Shown here in pieces: positions 34,490 to 48,760 of a DNA stretch of 64,000 nt; the stretch's first letter is position 1, and each line of letters opens with the position of its first letter. The notes below the pieces were generated by a model, which worked only from the letters and a program-made list of their open reading frames with translations, had not been told where the DNA came from and made no database searches. The stretch is from Vicugna vicugna. Lineage: Eukaryota. Made by a program: the position numbers and the translations under genes. The stretch spans positions 3,100,911-3,164,910 of the forward strand of contig MU058531.1 of assembly GCA_013265495.1 (NCBI GenBank), in the 5' to 3' direction.

Positions 34490-35720
34490 AGATATATTCC
34501 CATGATTAGTGGCATCAGTTTAAGTATGGGCTTTTCAATAATTAGTTCTGGGTCAACAGAATGCTAAGGTAAAAAAAAAAAATTCTTATTCCTACCTTGA
34601 TTCACACCATATACAAAAAGTCAGTTTCAGAGAAAACAGAGGAAAATTTCTTTGTGGTATTCCATGATACCTTCCTTAGGGCAGGAGAAATGTTCTTAGA
34701 CAGAACACACAAAGAGCTACCCATAAAGGAAAAAAGTAAAAAGACTTCTGTTCATTTAAAAGGCTTTGGTAAAAAACGAAAAGTTAAATCACAAAGGGGG
34801 AGAAAATATTGCAGTAGCCATAATCAACAAATTGTCAGACAATACAAAGATTTAAAAAATTAAGTAAAAGGAAGAAACCCAATAAAAAGTTTAGCCAAAG
34901 ACTTGAACAGACAATCGACAAAAAAGATGCCTAAATGGCTAATGCACATAAAACAAGTGCTCACTTCACTATTTATCAGAGAAATGGAAATTAAGAACAC
35001 AATACACACCATTACACACCTACCAGAATGGCTAAATGGAGAAGACAGATCTATTGCTGATGGAGAGGTGGTATGATTCTTTTATATGCTGCTTGTTGGA
35101 GTGTATTTCAGTACCGTCACCTCAGAAAAGGTGTTTGATAGTACCTAGCTAACACTGAACAGATATATTCTATGTCTCATATATTTTGCTCCTTAGCGTA
35201 TCTTCAATAGAAAGGTGTACATATGTTCATCAAAAGACCTGAATTAGAAGGCACTAGTTATAAATAGTAGCACTATTTATACGTCAAAAGTGGAAGCAAC
35301 CCAAATGTTAATCAGCATTAGAATAGTTAAGTAAATTGTGGTTTATTCACACAATGGAATACTACACAGCAATAAAAACAAACAAGCCACAACTATATGC
35401 AGCAGCATAGATGAATCTCATAAATACATTGCTGAACAAAAGAAGCATTGTTATGCAAAATAATACACATGACACAATCCCATTCATATAACAGACAAAA
35501 GCAAAAAAGGACAAAAGTCAGGATAGTGATTTCGCTGGTGGGTTTAAGGGAGGCACCTGGAAGGGGGTGCACGGCAGTGGTGGGTGGGGGCTTCTGGGAA
35601 AATGGTGATACTCTGCTTCTTGATCCTGGCATTCACTACATGAGTGGTTTTATTTCCACCTATGATTTGTGCCCTTTTATGTATGTATGCTATACTTTAA
35701 TTAAAAATTTACCTTTAAAA
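34490..35720 (+). mobile_element. Old L1M (L1ME/MD-like) 3' region
   Basis: Degenerate ORF2-end and 3'UTR motifs (aagacttgaacagaca, acaatggaatactacacagcaataaaaa). Confidence 0.7.
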
Positions 35721-37637
35721 AATTTAACTGTCCCTAGAGGTTTTTAAAACTTTAACTGGTAAGTGGAAATGCTGGCAATTCAAGTGATGTCAGGCATGGC
35801 AGAAGAGGTTGGGGAGTTGATAGGTGGGATTTCCTGGGGTTTCAGAATTCATGCCATATAAATGCTTAGGTTGTCAAAGGCAAATTTCCTGTAGGCACTG
35901 AGACAGAGGCAGACAGAGGGATCTGTAAGTGCTGAGAAAGACTCTAGTCAGCACCCAAAGGACCGAAAACACCCAGGCCTTCAACACTTGGCACGGTCAG
36001 CCTATATTTCCCGTACATTTATAAGCCGGGATCTGGCAGAAGGCAGCTCTACAACCTCCATAGTCCAGCTCAGGCCATGAACAGAGGCTCAATCCAATAG
36101 TTATCTTTTGCAATCTGGTCAGAGGTCAGGCCCTTGCTTGTGTAAATGCCCGGAGAAGGCTGCCAGAGCAGGAATACTGTGGCTGAATGGACACTGGGAA
36201 GCAAAGTGGAGAGACAGCAATATACCAATTAGCCAAATGAATTGATTGTCATTTTTAGGCCTGCTCCCAGGAGGCAAGAACAGAGACAGGATGTCTAGAA
36301 ACCCCCTCTCTCAGGCAGTGGTGGGTAAGGAGCCTTGTGATTAAGAGATAGGGAGACACTTACCAGGTCAAATGAGATTAGAAGCAGAAACCAGGAACAC
36401 TAAATGTCACCGGAAAACTGATGCGCTTATTTTTTGTCATATAATATCTGTGGATATAAAGATTTCATGCCTCACTCAGGACCGTGCAAAGTGGAGACTC
36501 ATTACAATAATGAAGGCTGATGGGTGCTGTATCTCTGGATCCTCCCTCAAGGCCTGGCCCTATAATCATGGAAAAGATATAGTCTCCCCCTTCTCCCTCA
36601 TCAAGGCGTGGCCAGGAAAGAAAACTTTCCTCTACCTTTTTAGGTTTTCTGGCTGGTCTAAGAATTAAATTGACATGAGACAGACTACCAAGAGACAGTC
36701 AAATTTAATTATATATGTACAGGGGTTTCAGAAGAGTGCAAAGCACATGATTTTGCAATTTGTGAACACAAGTGGACTGTGTAGAGAGTGCTTGTATAGT
36801 CAAGTGAAACGTCCAGTGAAGTAGGTCTGTTGCATATTTAAGGATCCATGTCATCCTTATTATGTGGTCAGGCAATTAGATGTAAATAGTAAGCAATTTT
36901 CCTAAATGATGCCTTAATTAACATGTTCTCTGAAAGTAAAACCTCTTTGACTGGTTGTCCTGGTACTGAAGGTGATAACTGGTTATAGGCAATGGAAATT
37001 CTTGAATGCACAGAGATCCCATACATGACTGAATAGGTTCAGAGGAAGAATAGTAAACAGGGATGGAGGGGTCATGCCTCAATTTACCTCAGCTGTATAA
37101 AAGCAACAGCACCCAAAGTGATCCTGGGATCCATGAACAGAACTTTTTCAATGACATACTTTATTGTCAGGAATTCTGTTAAACAGCATAGGAGCCATAT
37201 AATAGAAATGTAGGCCAGAATTGCTAGAGCAATCAATTTTCTAGAAAACTGGTGATCTGGATTTCTATTCAATATTCTGATTTTTAATATTGGCATCTGA
37301 TTCAAGTTTAAAAATCAAAGCAAAAACAGCACTAGGACCAAAATACCTCCGTGAGCTGAATTCAGTCTTCAGGATGCAGATTTCCAAGGGGTAATTCACT
37401 GACCTCAGGACTGTACTTTAGAGGTGGTAGTTTGGAAGCAGAGGTTATGAGGCTGTCTTACATGCATCTCTTGGGAATAAAAGAGAATCCTGGTAAGTCA
37501 GGCATGAAGACTCCTTCAAAGAAGGAATCAAAACCCTTAAATAAACATTTAGGAAAGGGGGCTAAGGGTAAAGGGTGGGTCACAGCCTGGCCACAGCAAG
37601 GGGTGGTCTGTAAGTACCTAGACAGAAATATCTATGC

Positions 37638-38327
37638 TGACTGAGAAGTCCAGGGTGTCACCCAGACTGAAGGCATGGAACTCACATCCCAGAGCACACT
37701 GACAATGCCAAATTTTACCTGAACCCTTTGCTCCTGGAAGACAGTGCCAATTAAAGGAATTCATCATTTTTGTGATCTGGAAAACAGCTTACTGCGAAGA
37801 CCCATTCTTTCCCATATGACCTTGATAGGCCTCAGACATCCCTCTTCATCCTATGACAAATCTACACAAAGATCCTCAAATACCCATTCTTTGCCTCATC
37901 AATGATGAGCTGAACTGCTCACTGATCAATTGGAACAAAATGCTTGCTCAGCAAACTTTGGTTAAGCTTCTTCCCTTTCTCCCAGTCCCTGAACTTTGGC
38001 CCACCCTCAGCCAGAGCCAGCATACAGCCCCTCCAAAGAACAGACTAACTTCAACATAAAATATTCTCTGATCTACTGTCTGATCATGCTGCTCTTTCAT
38101 TCCAATCTTCCACATTTGGTTCTTTCTAGCTCTGTTCATGCCTCTTTATTAAAACAAAAACAAACAAACAAAAAAGCCTATGTTTGCCTGACCCTTGAGA
38201 CCCCTGCAGTTTCTCCCTATTGCAATCCTACTCCTCCCCTATCACAGTAGCTCCTTTCCCCCTTGCAATCAGTTTTTGGAATAAAAATCTCTCCCAGATA
38301 AGTCCTGATTTGTTTTTCATTTGACCA
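37638..38327 (+). mobile_element. ERV1-class solo LTR (possibly MER67-like)
   Basis: LTR-like composition; AATAAA at about 38280 shortly before the ...ttgacca end; boundaries approximate. Confidence 0.55.
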
Positions 38328-38689
38328 GATCCTTATGCATCCTACACTCTTCTGCACGTTTTCTGACAATAAAGTGTGTTTTTGAAAAGGTTCTTTTTAT
38401 GAACAGAAGTGTTAACCTAGCGGGTAAGACCCTCTCACAGGACCAGAATTAAGCAGCCACTGAAGTGACCCCAAGTCACTGGAGGGTGAGCTGCGGGACG
38501 TCAAGAGTAAGGTCACTGCTCCATCTTAGCTTCCACGACACCACACTCAGCGTTTTCCCTCTTCCTCAGTGTATGACTTCTTGGCTCTGAGGTTCTGCAG
38601 GGCTGGAGCTGGGAGTTCTTCTCTCCCGACACTATCAGCCATTCTCATGGCTCAGAGGACCATCTACATGCTGATGTGCCCCAGTTTCT

Positions 38690-39240
38690 ATCCTTTCAGT
38701 GGCTGAGTAATGGGCATTGTATCTATCCAGCTATCTAGTTCTATCACATTCTGTTTCTCCATTCATCTGTTGACAGACACTTGGGTTGTTTCTGCCTTCA
38801 GGCTATTGTGAATAACAATGCTATGAACACTGGTGTACAGATATCTGTTCAAGTCTCTGCTTTCAATTCTTTTGATATATAGGTTTTTTCCCTCTCTTTT
38901 TAAAAAATAACCATTCTAGTAGGTGTGAAGTGGTAGCTCGTGGTGGTTTTGATCTGGTTTTCCTCATGAGTCACAATATTGAGCATCTTTTCATGTCCTT
39001 ATTGACCATTTTATATCTTCTTTGGTCTGTTCAAGCCCTTTGCCTATTTTCAGACTAAGTTCTTTGTTTTGCTGTTGTTGAGTTTTAGTTCTTTTTAGAT
39101 TCTAGATATTCATCTCTTATCAGATATACAGCTCGTAAATACTTTCTATTATACCCAGAAAGTAATAGTATATTACTATTATACAGGTTGATAGTATTCT
39201 TTCATGCACAAAAGTTCTTGATTTTGATGAAGTCCAATTT
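38690..39240 (-). mobile_element. Old L1M fragment
   Basis: ttcatctgttgacagacacttgggttgttt...ttttgatgaagtccaattt, typical antisense L1 ORF2 end. Confidence 0.75.
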
Positions 39241-41824
39241 AAAAAGATAATTTTTTAAAAGGCTAAAACCGTGACTCTGGGACAAACATAAAATTAACAC
39301 ATATCAGAGACTGCTCAACTAACTTATGAAGCAATCAGCAAGTTATTACACCCAGTTGAAAGGAGACTTCGAAGAACACACATATACAGGCAATCAGGAA
39401 GGTTAAAATGAATTTACAAACAGATGAAAAACTGTTTAATATCCACAGGGCAATAATCAATGGCACCTCCACAAGACAAAATTCATTTGCATCTCTATTG
39501 ACAAGAATCATTCATATTACTCTCAGTTTTATACAACTTAAAAAGTTGTAAAATAGCTCAAAGACAATAGAAGTCTCATAACTCGACTGGGTGCTAGACA
39601 GGACACCCAGTAATCCATTTTGCCTATTTCACAGTCTGTCATAATTTTTCCTGATGCCACCCCCGAGGGCACCCCCACCATGATCCCAGCAGTGAGGTAA
39701 ACCAGCTGCTCTCCAATTGCCTTGAGTCTTTCAGCACCAGGATAGCTACTGGAGGCAGTTCAGTTCAAAGACTATTCATTAAGTGCCAGGTAGTGGAGGT
39801 GTATCTATGCAGCCATTCCTGCTACAAATACTGAATATTTACCCTGAGCTGTTATGAGCACAGTGGGGAACAAGGCCGACTGGTCTCTGTCTTCTCGAGC
39901 TTTCCTGTCCAAATGGGGACAGGAAGAACAAATAAATAAACAAATGAAATAGTTACAACCTGTGATAAATGCAATGAAGGAAAACAGCTGCCAACACAGA
40001 GAATCACCAAGAGGGGCCTACGTAAGCAGGGTGGTCAGGACTGGTTTCTCCAAAGAGATTTATTAAGCTGAGACTCAGAAGATGAAGAGAAGCCAACCGT
40101 TCCGAGTGTGGAGTGTGGCAGGAAGCCAGCTGAGCGGTCACCTCTGCAGTCTGTCCTCACCCTCTGCTCTTCCAGGGACAGGCCTGCAGCAGCAGCAGTT
40201 ACTGTGTATCTCTGCCCAGGTGTGCAGGAGGCAGGAAAGCCCCTCCCAGCAGTGTTTCTGGCTGACTTAGACTTTAAGGTTCAAAAAATTCAGAGGGGAA
40301 GAGAAGGGTCCCTCCCAAATCAACTCACCCTCCTTCCTCTTCAGTCCCAGTTTCCCTATAAATCGCCCCCATCTGCTAAGTGAAGCCTGAAATGTCTTCA
40401 TCATGTAAACAATAGCTGAACCCACAAAAAGAGAGAAAAGGCTTTAAAAATGCAAATGAGTGGGAGAATTAGCACATTAGTGGGACTGTGTAAAATAATC
40501 AGCTCTTTTGCTGAACTGATCTGATGAGAAAGCTGCAAAGCATCGGGATCTTCTGGCAGGAAGAAAGGCCAAGGGTGGTGTGGGGCCATGGGGCACCATA
40601 ATCATTGTCACCTGCTTCACCTTTTTGTCCAGGGTCTGGGCCATAGTTCATCACTTCCAAAATCATGTCACGCTGCTCCATGACTCTCACCAGGATGCTG
40701 GCACAGAAGGGCAAGGTTGGGAACCATCTGCTCGAGTTGGAGTGAGACAAGTGGATAGGCTCGTGGAGACAGGCAGGAGAGGTAGGAGAAGGCGGAGGGC
40801 AGAGTCTGGGGCACTGAAACGGGCAGGAGAGGAAGAAGGAGATGATAAACAGCAGACTCGGAGAGCCCACAGAGCAGGTGGGGCAGGGGGGGCGGGATGT
40901 GGTGGTATCATAGCAACCGAGGGAAGTGTTTAAGAAAAGGAAGTGGCCAATTATGTCAATACAGGGGCACTGTTTCCCAAAATTTGCGTGCCTCTGGGAA
41001 CACCCATCTCAGAACCACACAGGGGATTATTGAGAATTCAGGTCCTAGGACTCAGCCACACCTGCTTTGGAACCAATGGCGCTGGAGCCAGGAATTGGCA
41101 TTTATGGAGCTCAGGGAATCTGATGTGCGTTCCAGAGTCATGTTTAAACACGTGGGATGTGGAATTAGAGTGAGGTCTAATTCTGGTTCCTTCATTTAAG
41201 CTGTTGGGCAAATCATTTAACCTCTGTGAGCCCTAGATTTTTTTTTCATTTGTAAAATAATACCTTCTATATAGAATTGATATAAGGATAATCTTCACGT
41301 GAGATTATATTTATACATATAAACTATATATGCAGTGCTTAGCACAACGCCTGGAACACAGAAGTCAATGAATGTTAACTGCTATTATTACATAATAAAG
41401 AAAGGCCACTGGATTTGGGAAGAAGGGTAATTTTAAAATTTCCAGATAGTTTCAGCAGAGCAGCTTGGGAAATTTCTAGTAATTATAAAGGAAATACATG
41501 GATAAGGACTAGAAGCAGCCAGCGAAGAAGAAGTTCAAGTTCAGAAAAATTTGCAGCAGGAGTAAAGATATTGGGGTTGGTAGTTAGAACTGGGTGATGT
41601 TGGTAGGAGAAAGGTTATTACTGAAATAGCAGTGATGGGAGGTGGCTTGAAGGATAGAGTAAGGGAAGTCTCAGTGGTGCAGATATTGAAAGCACTGGAA
41701 GGAAACAGATTAGGAGTAGGAGCTCAGTCCTGGGAAGATGGAGAGGAGGCTCAGAGGACAGGGAGTCTGGTGGATTCACGTTAGAGAAGCTAAATCATTT
41801 CTGCTAAGATCAGAGGAAACAAAG

Positions 41825-42012
41825 CAGAAGTTCATCAAGCGTGGCTGGAGCCTGGCCCAGCAGCATCAGTACCACCAGGAGCTTTTTAGAAATGCAACTT
41901 TCCCGCTCCACCCCAGACCAGCTGTGTCAGAAACTCCAGGAGTTGGGCAGCAGCCTGTGTTTTAATAAGCCCTCCAGGTGACGCCAATGCACCTGAAGTT
42001 TGTGGACCACTG
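41825..42012. mobile_element. MER5A-like hAT MITE
   Basis: cagcagcatcag...tagaaatgca...aagccctccaggtga...gtttgtggaccactg. Confidence 0.75.
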
Positions 42013-43918
42013 AATTAGGGGGTAGTTGAAGAGGCAGGGATCCTTAAGACAAAGCTATGTAGTGCCTTAGACAAGGCCATCTGCTGAGTGTTGGGGTGGC
42101 AGGCGGAGTTAAGTGGAGGCTGAAGGCACAGAAAAGGAGGTCTGGGACACCTGTTTCAGGTGGATGCACAAGTGTCAGCCAGAGATACCAGCACGGATTG
42201 CCAAACTACGAGATGCCGCAAGAAAGTTTACGTCTTACCGTAACAAAACACCTGAGTCGACTAGGAAAATAATGCCAAATATTCAAAAAGCTACATGTAC
42301 TGAGATATTTATAATATTGAAAGACTAAACACTTAATTGCCCAACATTAACAGGGGAAGAGTTAGCAGTCCCAAGGCATTCATTACCGCGTGTAAGACTA
42401 TGAGACAAAGAGAATGATACAATGCTGAATTATTGCACAATGACAGTTTTTTAAAAAAACACTCATGGGGGAATGATTGGAAATTTTAAATACACAGATT
42501 GCCAAAGGCTGCTGAGACCAGGGATATGACTATTGAATTTGCCACCATGGAAAAGTGTGGCCATTGTTAGGTGGAGGTACCCAGTGAGGGCTTCTAGATT
42601 AGATAGGCTTTAATCTGGGAGCTGGCAGCTGCAGGGTAGCATAGGGGACCAGGCACTGCTTACTGGCAGTGGCTCAGAGCCAGAGCAGACAGTATGGAAG
42701 CATTTAGGCTTGTTCAGAGCTCTTGAGACCACAGACTTGTCTGGAGCAAAGGAACGCTATGGAGAATAACAGAAGATGGCCTTGGAAAGCTGGCACAGTG
42801 ACATTTCCAAAACCAAATGTGGGACCCAAGGCCTGCTAAATTTATAGGTGCCACTGGGATTGTGGGCCAGCATATATGAATCTGGGCCGTCCTAGACAAT
42901 GTGAAGCCAGGGTGGCCACGTTGGATCAGCAGTTCCAAGAAATCATTTACACTTGGAGACCTCAGTCCCCAGTCATTTTATGCATAAGGAAAATGAAGGC
43001 AAGGGAAGTTTAACAACTTGCCCAGAGTCACACAGCTTTAATGCTGCAAAGGCCAAGGCTGAAGTGAGATCTCCTGTTTTAACATTGTGCTTCTGGATGA
43101 AGGACCCCCAAATCCTGGGCTGACGAGTTGTGATGAGATGTGACAGGTAATGGACCCATGATAAATCACTACCCAGGGAAGCACCATGGTGATGGAGTGT
43201 TTGAGGAAGGATGATGATGTGTAAACTGGGAGAGTGGGAAGGGAGGGGGTTGTTGGGGGACCAGCAGCAACCTCTGGGCATGTGGCTGATTAGGGCCTGG
43301 GCCCGATTACTGGCTGTGAAGTTAGACAGGAAAGAACCATGGACAGACATGGCATCCCTCACGCCACACGTTCCCCAATTTCCTTCTGTCTGTCCCTCAG
43401 AACTCACTTCATCGCCTTCAAGGCTCGTTTGTGGACACAACTCAGCTCAGCTTGTTGGTCTTTTAGGCATGTTTTTGTAAGGCCAGGCTCTACAGTTTTC
43501 AGATCCAGTGCTACTGGGAACTAAAAGGAGTCAGGCCCACTGTAAGCCTTGAGTGGCTCTGAATTTATGACTTTCTGTAAGAAGCTGAGAAGGCAGAGAG
43601 GCTGAAAGTGTCTCACCCAAATATCATTCTTTCTGTCCCACTTCTGGCAGCTCTGATATGACCACAAGCCTCCAGAGTCCTTGGCTCCTGTGGGACAGCC
43701 ACTGCGAACATTTAGCACAAGACAGGAGGCATCACATGCAGATCGTTCAGACCGAGGGGAGCCTTGGGGGTCACCCAAGACCAGAACCCAGGTCTCCTAA
43801 TGCCCCCTCTGAACTACCGCCCTTCTCTCATCTCTCCTTCCCCTCCCTGATAGGCAACCTGAAACAAAGTTCCAAAATAAAAAAAAATTTTTTTTTCAGT
43901 TCAAAATTGAGCTACATT

Positions 43919-44068
43919 GTGGAGAAGGGTATAGCTCAGTGGTAGAGTACAACATTTAGCATGCACAAGGTCCTGGGTCCAATCCCCAGTATCTCTACTA
44001 AAAAAATAAATAAACTTAATTATCTCCCCCCACCAAAAAAAAAAAGCTTTAAAAAAAGAATTTATAAA
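43919..44068 (+). mobile_element. tRNA-derived SINE, camelid Vic-1-like
   Basis: gggtatagctcagtggtagag (A box) ...gtcctgggtccaatccccag (B box); A-rich tail; TSD AAAATTGAGCTA(C/T)AT at 43903-43917 and 44069-44083. Confidence 0.88.
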
Positions 44069-47000
44069 AAAATTGAGCTATATATATATTTTTCTGTACA
44101 CATGCATATTTGCATATATAAATATATACATAACTGTACTCAGTATATATTCACACATAGATTAGAGCCAGTAGAAGGAGATAAAGGTACGGTAGATGCA
44201 TAGAAATTCAAGTATTGCCTTAAAAACGGCATCCTCTAAGTGAGTTACCTTAACGGGAGGACTGAAGAACTTTTCCTCTGATGCTATATCTGCCAGAAGT
44301 GATTGTTCTACTCGGGCTTTTCTTTACCGTGTTCCTTCCCTCAGAACTGAGTTACATTGTTCCTCATTCTTGCCTCAATCTCCTCTGAGACCAAACCTGC
44401 TGAAAGGGACCAAACCTTGTTTCATTTATCTGTGCATGTCTCACGGTTCCTGGTATTGTTTTTGGCACAGTTGTTTGTTCTTCATAAGGTTTTGGCACAG
44501 TGTTCACTCTCCATAAAACATCTGTGGAATGACAGCGCATCAAAGAACTTGCACCTGATATTTCTTCAGCGTTTCCCCTCACCACTTAAAGGAGAAAAGT
44601 CAAGCAGCAACGTGATAGTGCCACATCAGCTGGTGAATTTAACAACCTGCTTTTTAAAAGAAAAGACCTGAGGATGCTAGGGGCTCAGACCGACAATTCT
44701 GAAATCCAGATCACACATATGAGTCTGAACAACTGAATCAAGTCTTGGGAGACAAACTAAAAATTCAACCCATGGCAAGGGTTGGCAGAATCAAATAAAA
44801 TGTCAGATTGCCTGTAAGCCAATTTCCCTTTCCATAATCAATGAGTCATCTGAGGCAAAAAAAAAAGAAAAATCCTCAGGATTGTGTTTCCTTACAATAT
44901 TTGTAGGAAAACTGCCTGCTTGCTTTCCTGTAAAAGTAAGAGGGATAGAGCAGTTCCTAGACTCTTCTCAGATGCTTCAGCTAAAAAGTTAAATAAGCAC
45001 AAGGGCCAATAATCGGAAAAGAGAAAAATTATGCCAAACACTTGGCACCAGCTGCAGCAATTAAGTAAGCACCTGCTTTATGCTTCATCTGCTGTCACTC
45101 CCTCCCTGCTTCATTTAGGCTAATTTCCGGGGTTTTGGAGAATAAATGCACCTCATTGCACCAGCACACAAACCTCTCTTTTTCCTTCTTTTTCTTTTCC
45201 TTTTTTCCCCCTTTGGCTATCATTAACTGGGGCAAACTGAGTGGCAGAAAGATCCAGACAAGGACAGGGTAGTAAGGGCACTTAAATCTCTAACATTTCG
45301 CATTTTAGGGAACATGGGGGACAGAGGTAATCGCGGCAATCGGTTCTGGTAGGAGAGTACTGATGGGCACTGCTTGTACTGAGCAGCCGACTACAGCCTC
45401 CCAGGGAGACTCTGCAAATGAAGATGCGGATTCGATTTCTGGAAGCAAGGTTTCTATTGGCTTCATCCTGAACCTTAGCTATGGCAACCAAAGCAAGTTC
45501 CTCAGCAGAGATTTACGCTCAAAAAAAAAGATGCCATTAAACAGTTCTCAACTGTCATCAGCACAGGGCCAGCAGGAGCATCAGATGAGACATGAAAGAG
45601 GTGACAGTGCTTCAAAAAGTTGAAAGGACTATGCAAATGTGAGGCATGTATTAATATTAAAAATGTTTACTGAAACCCATCTAACAAGAAGCTAGACAAG
45701 TAAGAGTATTCATCCCCTGGAAGTGAACAAGCACTTTTCAGAGCTCTGAGCTCCCATTTCCTTGTTCCCCTTTTATGTTGTCTGAAAACACTGGCTAATG
45801 ATGCCTACATCAGAGGTGACTGGGAGGCTTAAATGAGACGAGATGAGATAATGTATGTGGAGCACCCTGTGCCATGCTGCATGTATAAAAGACACTTAAT
45901 AAATGGGAATTGACTCCAAGGGGGAAAATCAAGCGCATTATCTTGAGGATTCTTTGTACTTGCAGTCCACCGTAGAAGCTTCACATTAAATTACATGTTT
46001 CCAGGAAAGAAAAAAGGAAAGGTTACCCTCAATGGTACATAATCAGTGAAGCCAACCGCTTCTCACATGAAACAAAGACATCCATCCTTCCACTGGTAGG
46101 TGTCAAAGGAGCAATTCTTTTCTTCCCATACTGAGGACCACTGCTCTGTTCAAGGGGAAATGTTAAAGCTTCTTGTGAGTTCCCTCTAACACAGCCAGAC
46201 ACACACCACAAAGGAGAGATTCTGAGAATGGAGTAAGAATGTCCACCTACAGACATGAAGCTCCTTGGGAGCAGGAACCTCTCTACCTTGGTCCCTGCCA
46301 CATTCCAGCGATGACAAGAGTGTCTGGCCCGTAACAAGCACTCAGTATACATTTATTGAATGAGCTCAGCACGTAGGAGATGTGAGAAAGAAAATAAGAG
46401 ATCAAACTAAAGGGGCTTTGTTTCATCAATTTAATTGGCATGTTTTGCTTCATCTGCCTTTGGTGCAAAAGAAGGCCACATTTGTTTTAGTGCTCAAACC
46501 ACAGTGAATCTGAAGTTTCACCTTGTTGATAAGGAGAGTCCATCCTACTCTTACTAGGGTACTTGTTCTGTTAATAAGAGCAAGAGTGCTGGGAGAACAT
46601 AGTCCAAAGTGGTTACCCTGTCAATTGTTAGTTAATATTGCCTGACAGAAGAAGGAACCCAAAGTCTGGTCAGTCTACCGAGGGGCTCTGCCATTTGCTA
46701 TTTGTACTGCTTTACATTTGTGCAAAAGAAGTAAAGCTCATTTGTCTAGAATGAGCCTCTGTTCATTTTAGATATTGTTACAGTACCAAGACAGGCAACC
46801 ACTGACAGTCCTAAGAGATTCTTAGGGAGCGTCAGGAGATGGAGTCTCCTTCTCTGGAATCACACTCACCCTTGCTACCTCTGCACCAAACAGGCCCGTG
46901 CTTCCAATGTTAACAGCACTCACGTGATAGAGAACTTTCAGTTTACACTCACACACATGGAACCACCTTGTCCCTAAGGCATGTCCACAGTACCTGGTGC

Positions 47001-48426
47001 CTGGATCAGCAGGTCCAGCATCAGCCTTACACTGTTTCCAGAACCCTTTTCTTAACTCTTCTTTCCCTGGAGAATTTAAAAAATTCTGAGCTCAAGTTCA
47101 AGGAGGTAACACTTGAACAGAATCTCAAGGATGAGAAGGAGAAAAGGAGATGGGCATACGAAGAAAGCAAACTGTATCACTAAAGACAGAGTAGGTTATT
47201 TCCCCAGATTTCTGGCAAAGTGAATGCACAGGTCTCAAAAGTCAATGGCAAGGAAAAAGTGAATAAAATGGGGTCTGGGAAGAGGGTTATGGGCACACAT
47301 AGGGAGGGGCAATAAGTGAAAGGGTCAGGAGCTGGAGCAGGAGGATGCCCTTCCCTGGGCATCACATCTCATCCAGCTCATAGTCCTCCACTGGAAAGTC
47401 CTCCACTGTCACAACTGATGGAGACAAAGGTATCATACTTGGCCTGGCATTCAAAGTATTATTTCCCATTCATACTGTCATCAACTTCCCCTAGTGGCTC
47501 ATCATAGTGGACCCCAATCCAGGACCCAGGCTTGAAATCTGTGAGTCCTACATACCTGATGGTTCCCTAGCAAAGGGGCTGCCAGGCATCTGCCTTACAA
47601 CAGCACATTGGCAATAAAGAGTCTTCCAAATTGTTGGGGCAGCATCCCCCAGGCTGATCTATCATGTAATATGGACTAACTAGTTCTATGACAGGTATAG
47701 GTTAAAGGTATTATAGGAGCCCTTGAAAAGATACTCAAGCCAGTCTAGGACAATCAGAGAAATAATGTGGTCGTGAGAATGGACTCATCAAAATCTGATC
47801 TGTCTTGAATCATAAGGAGTACATTAATTCGTTGATCTGGCCAAGGAGAATGTGATTGGTTATGATCAGCTTAGACCAATTGTTTCATTTGTCTTCTTCC
47901 CTGGCCATAGAATAGGACAACCTGGGGCATAAAAAAAAAAAAATCCCAATGTCTAGGCCCACACCACTGATTCTAGACCCATCGGGGCTGAAGGAACAAT
48001 GACTGTGAAGGCATGGAGAACAGGGTGAGCTTATGGAGATACTTATAATTCCACATGCCTGGAACACAGAACAGGAAAGTAAAAGTCTCAGGTGACACAC
48101 TGGAGCCACCACTACTCAATGGGACATGGAAGCGGTAGTTTAGGTTCTAATTCCCTGTCCCCAAGTCAAAAATGTGAAAGATGTCCCTGCAGCCATATCA
48201 CAGCAGATGCTATTAAACAAGGGAATATTAAAGGAATCTTTGAGAAAATGTGCAATGCTTAAGGGTACAGAGTTTGCAGCAGCACAAGATGAGCTCAATT
48301 CTATCAATAATACCTGGAAACCAAGCCATGGGCCAGATCTGCACCTTTGAGGGTAATCAAGTACATTATGAAGGCACAAGCCTTAGATTGTCTTGTCCTC
48401 ATCCACTGTTGTCTTTCCATTACAGT

Positions 48427-48760
48427 CTTTTTTTTTTTTTAACGTTTTTAAAATTGAGTTATAGTCATCTTACAATTTGTGTCAATTTCCAGTGTAGAGC
48501 ACAATTTTTCAGTTATTCATGAACGTACATATATTCACTGTCACATTCTTTTTCACTGTGAGCTACCACAAGATCTTGTATATATATCCCTGTGCTACAC
48601 AGTATAATCTTGTTTATCTGTTCTACATATGCCTGTCAGTATCTACAAATTTCGAACTCCCAGTCTGTCCCTTCCCACCCCCCGCCTTTTGGCAAACACA
48701 AGTTCATATTCTATGTCTGTGAGTCTGCTTCTGTTTTGTATTTATGTTCTTTTTTTTTTT
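48427..48760 (-). mobile_element. LINE-1 3'UTR fragment
   Basis: T-run followed by an L1 3'-end antisense sequence (tatgtctgtgagtctgcttctgttttgta). Confidence 0.8.

Noticed and set aside
40499..41199. Several overlapping ORFs of 74-123 aa
   Set aside because: No recognisable protein similarity and no consistent exon structure; partly overlaps MER5-like and MIR sequence.
43919..43995. tRNA-like sequence (also at 59196-59270)
   Set aside because: SINE heads with A-rich tails and TSDs, and a degenerate cloverleaf; not tRNA genes.
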